Shown here: piece by piece, positions 50,520-61,843 of the stretch | Layout of the letters: each line of letters starts with the position of its first letter | Numbering within the stretch: position 1 is the stretch's first letter | From: Dictyostelium discoideum | Taxonomy: Eukaryota | NCBI GenBank assembly: GCA_000004695.1 | Contig: CM000151.3 | Span: forward strand, 2,880,001-2,944,000 | Direction of reading: 5' to 3' | Length of the DNA: 64,000 bases | The notes under the pieces: generated by a model | What the model saw: the letters and a program-made list of their open reading frames with translations, nothing else | What the model was told of the DNA's origin: nothing | The model's database searches: none | Made by a program: the position numbers and the translations under genes

Positions 50520-51880
50520 GTTGTTGTTGTTGTTGTACTATAATTTTTTGATAATCTATTTTGTGATTTATTACCATTTGAACAATTTGATTGTGATCTT
50601 GGTCTATTTGATTTTGATAATGATGATTGTTGTTGATTTGAAGTTGGAGTAATTATAATTTCTTGATCATTTATAAATTCACCACTTAATGCTCTAATAA
50701 TTGGTGTACCTGATTTTTCTAAATTTATTTGTTCATATGGTGATCTATAACATTTTAAAATTTGATCTAATAATTGTTTTCTATCGGTTTTATCGTTCAA
50801 TTCTAATCCATGTAAATCTTGTGCACTCTTATTGAAATGTGTTAAATCACCATTTGAATTACATGCAACAATGCCTGCTTTTAAACAACCAATTAATGCT
50901 TCAACAAATTTACTCTCTTCTTCTAATTTATCTTTTGCTTCTTGAATTTCACTAAAATCATGACAAACTCCTAAAACTTTAAAAACTTTATCATCTTTTT
51001 TAATAATTTCACCTCTTTTTTTTTTCATTGAAAAAAAAAAAAAAAAATAAAAAAAAAAGTTTGGAAATTAATAAATAATTAATAAAAATGATAATTATAA
51101 TAATAATAATAATACAAACTTTAATTGAATATATCTAACTAAATTATCATTTTTTCTATTAATTCTTAATGGATATTCAAATGAAGAACTATTTGATTCT
51201 ATACAATTATTAATTATTGGTTGAATTTCTTGAATACCAAGTTTATTAATAAAATCATTAAAATTCAATTTTTTATTAAAATCATTTTCAATACCAATTA
51301 TTTTATAAAATTGATTAGATGCTTTAGTTGTATCATTTTGAACATTCCATTCCCAAGATCCCATGTTTGATGGTTCTGGTCTATTATATTGTCCTTTATT
51401 ACTACTATTAATATTTACAGAATTTTGATTATTTTGATTATTATTTATATTATGATTTTCAATTGATGATGATAATGGTGATTGAATAAATTTAATTTCT
51501 TCAATTGCTTCTACTAATATAAAAATTCGTTTACCTTCGTAATCTAAATAATGACTATCTTGATTTACTAATAAATTAATACTAGTATCCAAATATAATT
51601 GTCTTGCATCCATATCACTAATATGTATTGATGAATATTTAAATATCATTTGTTTTAAAATCTCTCCATTTTCGTTGGATTCTATTATATCGATGTGTTC
51701 ATGTTTTGATTTACCATTTCTAATATCATTTATTAAATTTGAATTATTAAATAATGATGTTATTGATTCAATATTTTTATATTTTTTACATGATTGATTA
51801 CCCCAAATCAATACTCTTTTATTTATATCGAATAACCAAATTGCTTGATTTAATTTTTCTAATATTTTTAAATAAATCAT
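46565..51880 (-). CDS. Hybrid sensor histidine kinase (PAS/PAC - HisKA - HATPase_c - receiver), ~1,736 aa, 2 exons: 51120..51880 and 46565..51014
   Basis: H-box 'FLANISHELLSPMNSIIGM'. ATPase motifs 'LSNLIDNAIKFS' and 'DRGIGVPEDKHDFIFDRFFQVDGSYSRVQGGVGLGLSICKKLIEFFGGAIWFESEASQGSTFHFIL'. Receiver '[65 protein letters not shown]'. An N-terminal PAS fold spans the intron: 'YPLRINRKNDNLVRYIQLK|GEIIKKDDKVFKVLGVCHDFSEIQEAK'. Weak donor AA|GTTTGT; acceptor aaaaag|A; phase 2. Long poly-N/Q/S and 'SPKQ(Q)Y' repeat linkers. Confidence 0.8.
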
Positions 51881-52419
51881 TTTTCTTTAAAAAAAATATT
51901 TTTTTATTTTTTTATTTTTATTTTTATCTTTTTATCTTTATATATCTTTAAAAATCTTTTATTTTTTTTTTTTTTGTTTTTTTTTTTTGTTTTTTTTTTT
52001 TTTTTTTTTTTATATTATTACAAAAATAAATAAATAAATAAATAAAATTACAAGAAAAAAATAAAAAAAAAAAATAAAAACTATAGTTTTTAAACTATTT
52101 TTTTTTTCTTTTTTTTTTTTTTTAGATTAATGACTTTGAACGATTAAGGAAAAATAAAAAAATAAAAAATTAATAACAAAAAAAAATTATTTAATCATTA
52201 ATGGTTTCTATTATTTTTATTATTAATATTACTATTACTATTACTATTGTTTTTTTAAATATTATTAGGTTATTTATTTTTTGTGTAAATATTAGAATGA
52301 ATTTTAAAAGGATGTAATAGTTGACGATAAATCAAAAACAAAATTACAATGCAATTAATTATTTTTTTTTTTTTTTTATTTTTATTTTTTTTAAAAAAAA
52401 TTTATATATATTTTTTTTT

Positions 52420-52572
52420 ACAAAGGTAGGTGTACAATACCGTTATAAAAAAAAGTGTTAATGTTGGTTTTAATGTGTGGTGTGGGTAATTTAAATTATT
52501 TGTGTTTAAAATAATTTGTGTAGAGAATGTGTGAGTTATTGTAATAGTTATTTTATTATTTTTATAATGTGA

Positions 52573-52603
<31 letters not shown>

Positions 52604-52735
52604 GGTTTTTTTTGATTTTTTTTTTTTTTTTTGATTGATACTGTGGGTGGTGTTTATTATTAATAATTTATGATTAATGTAAATTATTTAATAAAAACAG
52701 TATACATATATTAAAAATATTTGTGAGGACACTTT
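52420..52735. other. G+T-rich, AT-poor island without an ORF, 0.5-0.85 kb upstream of the histidine kinase start
   Basis: 'ggtaggtgtacaataccgtt..gtgttaatgttggttttaatgtgtggtgtgggtaatttaaattatttgtgtttaaaataatttgtgtagagaatgtgtgagttattg..gattgatactgtgggtggtgtttatt..gtgaggacac'. The composition departs sharply from the flanking poly-A/T DNA. Confidence 0.4.
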
Positions 52736-53550
52736 TTTTAGAAAAAAAAAAATTATTACATTAAAAAAAAAATAAAAAATAATAAAAAAAAAAAAAATAG
52801 AAAAAAAAAAAAAAAATAGAAAAATAAAAAAAAAACAAAATAACTTTTTAGATTTAAAATGTGTACTCATTATTTTAAAAGAAATTTTGATGATATGTTT
52901 GCCAATTTACTAATTTTTTAATAATCATCCAGTGCACTGGATTACAAAATTGTTTTTTTTTTAAATTTTAATATATTTTTTTTTTTTTTTATAAATATCT
53001 TAATTTGGCGAGATTAAATATTTTTTTTTTTTTTTTATTTCTAATTTTTTTTTTTTTTTTGATCATAACTAGATTTTTTCCTTTTTTTTTTTTTTTTTTT
53101 TTTTTTTATTAAAAAAAAAAGATTAAAGTTTATGAGAAACAAACAAGTTAAAATTAAATCACATTCCTCAAAAAAGATTCTTTGTATAGTTTTTGGTGAT
53201 TTGCCTCATTGTCCTTTTAATGTGAAAGTAAAATAAAAAAAAAACTATTAAAAAATACAAGCATAATTGTAAATTATTAACCTTTATTAGGGAATTAATA
53301 AATCTAAATAATTTGATTTAAAAAAACTGATAATTGTATCTTCGTAAAAAAGCTTTAAATTAAATTTTTAATTTTCCAAGATAATACAAAAAATAATAAT
53401 AATTTTGGAAAAAAGAAAAAAAAAAAATAAATAAATAAATAAATAAATTTAATAAATTAAATTAAATAAATAATTAGATAAAAATAGAAAGAATTCTTAA
53501 TTATTATTTATTTAAAAAATAAAATATTGAAATTATTTTTTTTTTTTTTT

Positions 53551-53903
53551 TTAAGAATTAATATTATTATTAGTATTATTATTATTAATATTAATATTAT
53601 TATTACTATTATTGAAATTAAAAAGTTTAATTTTTAAGTTGAACAACCACCCTTTATCGTATGGGTTTATTTGGTTTTCGAAAATCTTTTTAAAATCCTC
53701 GATTGTTGATTTATTTGAAAGAGTTAATCTTATATGATATGATACTAAAAATCCTAACAACAGTGACATTATAAAACCAAAAATAATTATAAAAATACTA
53801 AAAATAAAAATTATTAGTAATCAGGAAAATTAAGAAAAAGTTAATTGATTTATCTTTTTTTTTTTTTTAAAAAAAAAAAAAAATCAATAATTAAAAAAAA
53901 AAA

Positions 53904-53935
<32 letters not shown>

Positions 53936-54422
53936 GCACAGTGTGGGTGATTAATCACATTGATTTGAGATTATCTTTAAATTAGATTTTTCGACTTACC
54001 ATAAACCTCCACTTGTAGTTCTTAAAGCATATAAAATATTATTTATTGATTTTTCAAACTTTTCATTTAAATCATTACTACTATTGTGATTGCTACTATT
54101 ACTATTAATATTATTATTATTAATTTTATTTGCAGGTGATTCAGTTGTATTTACAATTTGATTTAAAAATACAATTGACATTGATAAAAGATATAGTGCA
54201 TAAATTAAAGTTGTTGTTATAAAATAAAAAAATTCTCTATAATTTCTACGACCAATACAATTTCCAATCCAAACACAATGATGATCAAAATTCTCTACAC
54301 AATTATTACAAGTTGAGCAATGAAAAGATCTTGGTTCTCTATATAATCCACATGTAATACAAAATTTACATTTATATTTAAAATCACTATCACCAATTTG
54401 AATTTCTTTATATTTTGATTGA

Positions 54423-54454
<32 letters not shown>

Positions 54455-55380
54455 GTTATTATTTCTATTTCTATTTTTATTATTATTATTATTATTATTA
54501 CTGTTGTTGTTGTTACTATTTGTGGGTTGTTCCATTTCTACGATGAAATCACCACTATTTTCAAAACTATTTCGAGCACTACTACTACCACCTTGTTCAT
54601 CTTGATCATCATCATCGCTATCACTAAAATCAGATGATGATGAAATTGGATCATCATTTGCAATTTCATCCATACCTGATGTTATAAATTTCTTTAAAGC
54701 TTTTTTAGTTGCTTGTAATTTTGTTAATTTTATTTTATCTTTTTTACTTTCTTCAATATTATTTCTTGTAATTATACCTGGATTTGTAAATGCGCATTTA
54801 TATAAATTATAAAATATAAAAACCAATAATGTTAAAGTAATGATATAATTTGAAATTTCTAATTTTTTTGAAATTTCTAAACTTATTGGTACCCTTTTTT
54901 TTTTATTTAATTTAATTTTATTTAATTTAATAAAATTAATAAAGAAAATAAATAAATTGTTAATATATGTTATAATTAAAATAATTTAAAAAAAAAAAAA
55001 AATTAAACATACAATTTGATTTCAAAAAATAATGATGGAACTAATATAAAAATTTGAGTAACTATAAAAAATAATTTATCGGGCCCTGTAACACATTTAT
55101 AAAAATAAAGACTTTTGGTTTTTTTTATTTTTCTTTTTTTTAATTTTTTATTATTTTCATTTGTAGATTCTTCTTGTATTTCAGAAATATCACCCTCTTG
55201 TGTATCATTACTATCTCCGCTTGTATAAATAAAATTTTCATTTTGGTAATTATTATTTTCATTATTATTTTCATTAATTCCTATTTTATTTTCATATATT
55301 TTATCCTTTTTTTTATTTTTTTCATTTTCTTCATTTTCTCTGTCATTAATTTTATTATTTTTATTATTATTATTTACCAT
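53551..55380 (-). CDS. DHHC-type protein S-acyltransferase (zf-DHHC), ~498 aa, 3 exons: 55013..55380, 54000..54881, 53551..53797
   Basis: DHHC-CRD 'CKFCITCGLYREPRSFHCSTCNNCVENFDHHCVWIGNCIGRRNYREFF'. TM1 in exon 1 'LFFIVTQIFILVPSLFF'. TM4 plus a TTxE-like 'LTLSNKSTIEDFKK' in exon 3. Donors TT|GTATGT and TG|GTAAGT. Acceptors 'aataag|T' and 'ttttag|T'. Phases are consistent with track ORFs 55003, 53996 and 53551. Confidence 0.8.
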
Positions 55381-55948
55381 TTATATACAAATAATATCCA
55401 TATATAAAAAAAAAAAAAAAAAAAAAAAGGTAAAAAAATAAAATTAAAAAAAAATAAAATTAAAAAAAAAAAAAAAAAAAATAAAACTAAAAATTGGTGG
55501 AAAGATATTTTTGATTTCACATTTTTTTTTTTTTTTAATATTCAAATTTAGATTTATTTTCTCGTAGCCCTTTGAGAAAAAAAAAAAAAAACGGTAGATA
55601 TTTTTTATTAACCTTTTTCAATAAAGTTTTTAATCAATTAAAACTTAATTGGAAAAATTAATTTAATAAAGAAAAATAAAAAAGATAAAAAAAAATAAAA
55701 AAATAAAAAAAATAAAAAAAACAATTTGCTTAATCAAGAGAAAATGAAAGTGCTAAATAATATTTGGATTTTTTTTTTTTTTTTTTAATATAAACCCAAA
55801 TAAAAAAATAATTAAAAATAATAAAAAATAAAAAAAAAAATAAAAAAAAAAAAAAATCCAAATTGCTTGGAAAAAAAAAAAAAAAAAAAAATTTCAACAT
55901 TTATTGTTTTTTATTTTTTAAAATAATTTATAGTAACAACTGAAAAAA

Positions 55949-56409
55949 ATGAATAAATTTTTAAAAGCATCAACAAGTATTACACGTTTAATAAATAGAC
56001 AACAATCAACTATTGAAACATGCCAATATGCAAAAAGATTTCAAGAGATTGAAGCAAGTGAATTAAAGAAAGGTATGTGGATTGAACATAAGTCCAAATT
56101 ATTCCAAATTGAGAAAGTTGTACATCAAAAGGTTGCAATGAGAGGTGGTTTCATCATTACCGATATGAAGAATGTTATTGATGGTTCAAAAAGTAATATT
56201 AAATTTAGAAGTGCAGAGAATATAGAATTAGTTGATCTCTCAAGAAGTACTTATAATTTCGTTGAAACTATCAAAGATGGTAAAGCTTTTGTTTTTAGAA
56301 GAATTGATAGTGAAGGTGATGAAGAAGATGATGAAGATTTTGTTTGTACAAATATTTCACAATTAGATGGTTATTCACCATATTTATCTTTATTCGGTGA
56401 AGGTATTGT

Positions 56410-56501
<92 letters not shown>

Positions 56502-56770
56502 TTAAATAAAAAAATAAAAACTAATTATATTCATTTGTTTTTTCCAATTAAATAGATACTGAATTCCATTTTAGAACATATAATGGTAATGTAATTGATT
56601 TTAAAGGACCAACACAAATTGATCTTACTATTAGATCTGTATCAGATCTCCAAAACAATAATGTTCTTCATTTTGAAAATGGTCGTTCTTGTAAAGGTCC
56701 AATTTATTTAAAACCTGGTGATAAAGTTCAAATTCGTTTACCAGAGGAAGTTTTCATAACAAAAGTTTAA
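55949..56770 (+). CDS. Elongation factor P (EF-P)-like protein with a presequence-like N-terminus (putative mitochondrial), ~222 aa, 2 exons: 55949..56402 and 56556..56770
   Basis: 'MNKFLKASTSITRLINRQQS' is presequence-like. 'LKKGMWIEHKSKLFQIEKVVHQKVAMRGGFIITDMKNVIDGSKSNIKFRSAENIELVDL..YNFVE..GKAFVF' follows the EF-P KOW/OB pattern. C-terminal 'GPIYLKPGDKVQIRLPEEVFITKV'. Donor G|GTATTG; acceptor aaatag|AT; phase 1. The intron carries an (ATT)30 tract. Confidence 0.5.
56414..56503. repeat. (ATT)~30 microsatellite inside the EF-P-like gene intron
   Basis: An uninterrupted run of 'attattatt...'. Confidence 0.9.
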
Positions 56771-56898
56771 ATAAATAAATTAATATATATTAAAAAAAAA
56801 AAAAAGTGATACTATTTGGTTGGAATTATATTACAAAAATTTTATTAAGGAGAATTGGAGTTGGGAAATAAATAAAAGAAGAGGAAGATCTATTTACT

Positions 56899-56935
<37 letters not shown>

Positions 56936-56961
56936 TGTTTTTGTTTTTGTTTTTTTTTTTT

Positions 56962-58513
56962 TTAGCCAACCATTGTAAAATCATCGATTTCACCATCACT
57001 AGAAAAATCAGGTTGATAAGTATTTAATTTTGGTGGATAGTTTGGAGTTTGTTGTTGGTTAGTGTTGTTGTTGTTGTTTTTGTTGTTGTTATTATTATTA
57101 TTTTGATTATTATTTTGATTATTATTTGGATTATAGGGAATATGATGATGAACTATAAATTCTTCATCATCAACAACAATATTTTCAGGAATACAAGAAT
57201 GATTATTTCCACCATTTGCAATAGTGATTGCAAGCATTTCAGTTGTTTCACTCTCTGCATAATCATCAACCAATTCACATTCGATTTGATAATCTGGTAA
57301 CTTTTGACAAACTGAAATGATTGGAAATTCACAATTATTAATTACAGATAATCTATCACAAAGATCTTCAAAACTTGCTTGATCTCTACAATAAAATCCA
57401 ATTGATAAAGATGGATCTAATTGTGTAAATGGCATTTTTTGCGGTATACATCCACTATATGTCTATTTAATTATTATTTATAATATATATATAAATATAT
57501 ATTAATAAAACTTAGATTTGAATAATCGAATGAATTATTATTATTATTATTTATAAAACTTACATTTGAATAATCGAATGAATTTGGATTAACACTTTCT
57601 TGGACAAAATGAGGATCTAAATAAATGACTTGATCATCTTGAAAACCAATAAAATAAAATGATTGTTTTGGTTTACCACCAATAAAACCTAAACTTTGTG
57701 GTAATTTTAATAATAATTTTAATTTTTCAATATAGGTTGAGTTTAATTTATCTGCACCCAATTTCAAAGGTATCATAATAATCAATGATTTCCACTTTGG
57801 TGGTATTGAACTAATAGCTGTGTTATAGTCAAATAATGATTCATCATCAAATACTTGATTATTATATCCATTTGGTACTCTAGATGGTGGTGATTGATTA
57901 TTGTTATTATTACTACTTGTTGCTGTGGTTGTTGTAGTTGTTGTGGTTGTTGGGTTGTTGTTATTATTATTTTTATTATTATTTTGTTGAATATTTTGTT
58001 GTTCTCTTAAATGTTGTAATTGTTGTTGAATAATTTGATAATGATTATGTGTATTACTATTATTACATAAATTATTTATATAATCTTTATATATGACACC
58101 ATCAGTTGGAACGTACATTTCTAAATCTTCCAAATGTTGAAATTTAATTAATTGTCTTAAAATATTTGAAATTCTAGTTGGAGCTAACCATTCCTCTACA
58201 TTATCATTTATCTCTTCTTCTTTTTCTTTTTTCTTTTTTCCTTTAGAACTTCCTCCTCCTCCTCGATTTAATGAAATCACTTGTTCTCTTAAAATTTGTT
58301 GTTTTCTATTATTCTTTTCCATTGCTTGTTTTTTATTTACAATTTGATGTATACCATATACATGCTCCTTTGAAGGATAATCACTAAACCATGCCAACAC
58401 TTGGCTATAATTTGAATGTGGTTTCTTTCTTTCTATTTCTGGTACCATATCTTTTTTTTTTTTTAAAAAAAAAAAAAATAAATAAAAATAATTAATTGGT
58501 TAATAAAGTTTAA

Positions 58514-58571
<58 letters not shown>

Positions 58572-59556
58572 ATTATAAAATAAAACAACAAATAATCATA
58601 CCATTTTCTTTATAAAGATGTTTAATTAATGCTCTAGCTAATATCATTTGACCAGTTCTTAACATACAACCCCAACCAATATCTGTAGTAATATTTGTAT
58701 TTTCTATTGGTGGGAAATCTTTCCTATAACTAAACCATATCATTGAAGCTACATCTGATAAAAATCCTGATTCTATAGCTGGTCTATATATAAGATCTGT
58801 AGTTAAATTGTTGTTGTTATTATTATGATTATTATTATGATTATTATTATTATTACTATTACTATTGTTATTTTGAAAAATACCTATAGATTGTTGAAGT
58901 TGTGTTGGTTGGGTCTGTGGTACTTGATTATTATTACTATTATTATTACTATTATTATCTTTTGAGGTATAACACCTTCCCATTAACCAAATTGGTGAGG
59001 GTGAAAAATGTGGAGGCTCCGTTGGATCTTTAAATAAAATGTTAATATATATAAACGATGAAATAATAATAGAAAATAAATAATAATTCCTAAAAACATA
59101 CAATTTCTATAAAGATTATAAAAAGACATCATAATTTTTTGTTTTCCCTCTTTATATATATTTAAAATATTTGTTTTTTGTTTTTGTTCTTTTTGTCGTT
59201 GTTGTTCTTTAATTTGTGATTGTTGTTGTAATAATTGTTGTTGATAAAAAACTTGTTCTTGTAAAAATTGTTCTTGTTGTTGTTGTTGTTGTAAATTGAT
59301 TTGTCTTTGATTTTGGAATGAATTTCCCATTGCCGTTGATGATGATGGTGTTGATGATGATGATGTTGGTGAATTTGGTTGATTAAATCCATAAGAAATT
59401 TGTTGTGGTGCTTGTTGTTGTTGTCTCAAATATGATTGTTGATTATAAGTTTGTTGTTGATATTGAAAAGGTTGTAAATGACTTCCATCTAAACATATAT
59501 AAATATGATCAATCTATATTAATATAAATTTCATTATAAAAAATTTTTTTTTCTTT

Positions 59557-59587
<31 letters not shown>

Positions 59588-59655
59588 GAATAAAAAAAAT
59601 TATAATGAAAATACTTACCCTGATAACCATTATGGTGTGAATATTTCGTAAACAT
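56962..59655 (-). CDS. atg4: Autophagy cysteine protease Atg4 (C54 peptidase), ~745 aa, 5 exons: 59619..59655, 59102..59488, 58602..59027, 57564..58450, 56962..57462
   Basis: Catalytic-Cys motif 'TDIGWGCMLRTGQMILARAL'. 'FLSDVASMIWFSYRKDFPPI' matches human ATG4B 'ILSDVASRLWFTYRKNFPAI'. 'PSPIWLMGRCY' matches 'EPVWILGRKY'. 'SLGFIGGKPKQSFYFIGFQDDQVIYLDPHFVQ' matches '[32 protein letters not shown]'. 'CIPQKMPFTQLDPSLSIGFYCRDQASFEDLC' matches 'CLQSPQRMNILNLDPSVALGFFCK'. Donors GTAAGT, GTATGT, GTATGA, GTAAGT; phases 1,1,1,0, verified against the track ORFs. Poly-Gln N-terminus. Confidence 0.9.
57508..57584. repeat. Tandem duplication of the atg4 exon-4/intron-4 junction; the intronic copy carries a mutated donor
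   Basis: Functional junction 'aaacttacatttgaataatcgaatgaattt' (minus strand '..NSFDYSN|GTAAGT'). The intronic copy 'aaacttagatttgaataatcgaatgaatt' reads '..NSFDYSN CTAAGT', so its GT is destroyed. The protein-level repeat 'SFDYSN(V/L)SFIN' in track ORF 57474..58448 reflects the read-through. Confidence 0.75.
58513..58568. repeat. Poly(A) tract, 56 nt, inside atg4 intron 3
   Basis: The homopolymer lies between the atg4 donor at 58596-58601 and the acceptor at 58451-58452. Confidence 0.9.
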
Positions 59656-60320
59656 TGTATAAATTTATATTATAAAAAAAAAACTATTGTTTTAAATTTT
59701 TTTTTTTCTTTTTTTATTTTTTTATTTTTTTATTTTTTTATTTTTTGAGAGATTGGGTTTACAAAAAAAAAGTCTATTTAATATATGATTTAATGCCAAT
59801 AGCCATTTAAACTTTTTTCCTTATTATTGTTATTACTATTATTATTATTACTATAATTATTATTTTATTATTATTATTATTATTATTATATGTGCAGTAT
59901 TTTTAAAAAGTGATTGTTACAAATTAATAAGTTAACTTGAATATTCCAATAAAAAAAAAAAATAGAAAAATAGAAAAAATAAAAAAAATAAAAAATTATA
60001 ATGTATTTCGAAATTGTGAGAGATATTAAAAAAAAATAAAAAAAAAATAAAAAAAAAAAAATAAATAAAAAATAAAAAAATTAAAAATAATTTTTAATTT
60101 TTTTAATTTTTTTATTTTTTTTTATTTTTTTTTTTTTGAGAGCCCCAACACCTGGGGCAAAATTTTAATTAAAATATCAATTATAAAAAAAAAAAAAAAA
60201 AACGTCGCAACACTTGTATATTAAAAAAAAAAAAAAAAAAAAAAGCAAAAATTAACACCTTAGTATATAAAAAAAAAAAAATAAAAAAAACAAATAACAA
60301 AAGACGATAAAAAAAAAAAC

Positions 60321-60384
60321 ATGATGATGGATTGCTTCTCAACACCAGTCCAAAGAAATAATAACATTAATAATAATAATAACA

Positions 60385-60419
<35 letters not shown>

Positions 60420-61173
60420 TGTACAATTAGTACTAGTGGTAGTAGTAGTAGTAGTAGTGGTGGTGGTGAAATTAATTGTAATAAAAATGAAAAAGAAGTT
60501 ATTGTTAAAGTATTAAAGAATGGATTAATAGAGAGTAATTCATTATTTAAAGTATATAGATTTGAAAAGAATATGTGTGACGGTGGAGGATTTGTATTGA
60601 ATAGATTAATAGGTGGTGATAAAGAGTTACAACATATTGATCCATTTGTATTGTTGGATGAAATTAATACCAATTCACCTCAAGAATATGAAAAAGGATT
60701 CCCAGATCATCCACATCGTGGTATTCAATTGGTGACATATATGTTGGAAGGTTTGATGGTACATAATGATTCGTTAGGTAATAAAGTTGTATTAAAGACA
60801 GGTGATCTTCAATGGATACTATCGGGTAAAGGTATAGTACATAGTGAGATGCCATCCTCGACAACCTCTAAACTTTGGGTCATTCATTATTGGTTAAATT
60901 TACCAAAACAATTGAAAATGGTTGAACCAGATTACCAATATGTATCGAATGAATCAATTCCATTAATTCAACGTACAAATGGTAATACTGATTTCATGAT
61001 TAAAGTTATCTCTGGTCAATATTTAGATAATGAAACAAAGATATTACATAAAAGTCCTTTAAAAAGTTTAGGTTTAAATCCTCAAGTTTTAGATATTGAT
61101 ATAAAATTAAATACTGATAATAATAATAATAACAATCAACTTATAAGTGCAGATAATGGTGATAATGGTGGTG

Positions 61174-61240
<67 letters not shown>

Positions 61241-61424
61241 TACTAATGATAATAATGGTGAAAATAATGAAGAATATACTTGTAAAAAAGAATCTACTAC
61301 TCCATTTGAAATTGATATAAATGAAACATTTGGTTCATTTTTATTGGTTTTAGATGGTCCAGTTTCAATAAATAATTCAAAACCTATTGGTCCTGGAAAA
61401 CTTATTGTATTTAATAGAAAATCA

Positions 61425-61457
<33 letters not shown>

Positions 61458-61691
61458 TGTACAAATAATAATAGTAATATAAATAATAATAGTGGTGGTA
61501 GTGATAATATAGATATAGATAATGAAAATTGTACCTTTAATAGAGTTTCAATAACATCTAAATCAAATTCAAGACTTTTATTCTTTTCATCAAAACAAAT
61601 TCAAGAACCAATATTTAAATATGGACCATTTGTAATGAGTGATATGAATGATATTCATCAATGTTTCATTGATTTTGAATATGGTCTTTAA
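60321..61691 (+). CDS. Pirin (bicupin), 456 aa, single exon, with poly-Asn/Ser insertions
   Basis: '[62 protein letters not shown]' matches human pirin '[63 protein letters not shown]'. 'WVIHYWLNLPKQLKMVEPDYQ' matches 'WVNLRSSEKMVEPQYQ'. 'KYGPFVMSD' matches 'QHGPFVMNT'. Confidence 0.9.
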
Positions 61692-61843
61692 AAAATAGAA
61701 AAAGAAAAGAAAATAAAAATAAAAAAACAAGATTTTGTAAATTTAAATAATCTTTAAATCAAAAAAAAAAAAATTTATGTTTATAGAGAATTCTCATTTT
61801 ATATTATCATTTTATTTAAAATTTTTTTATTTTTATTTTTATT

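Noticed and set aside
47593-50577. ORFs 47593..47817 (+), 50311..50520 (+) and 50380..50577 (-) inside the histidine kinase gene
   Set aside because: They are shadows of poly-Gln/Asn coding repeats on the sense strand.
51754-51951. Plus 65-aa ORF at the histidine kinase 5' end, and 52688..52870 (-) poly-Phe ORF
   Set aside because: They are AT-rich low-complexity artefacts spanning the start codon and promoter, with no domain content.
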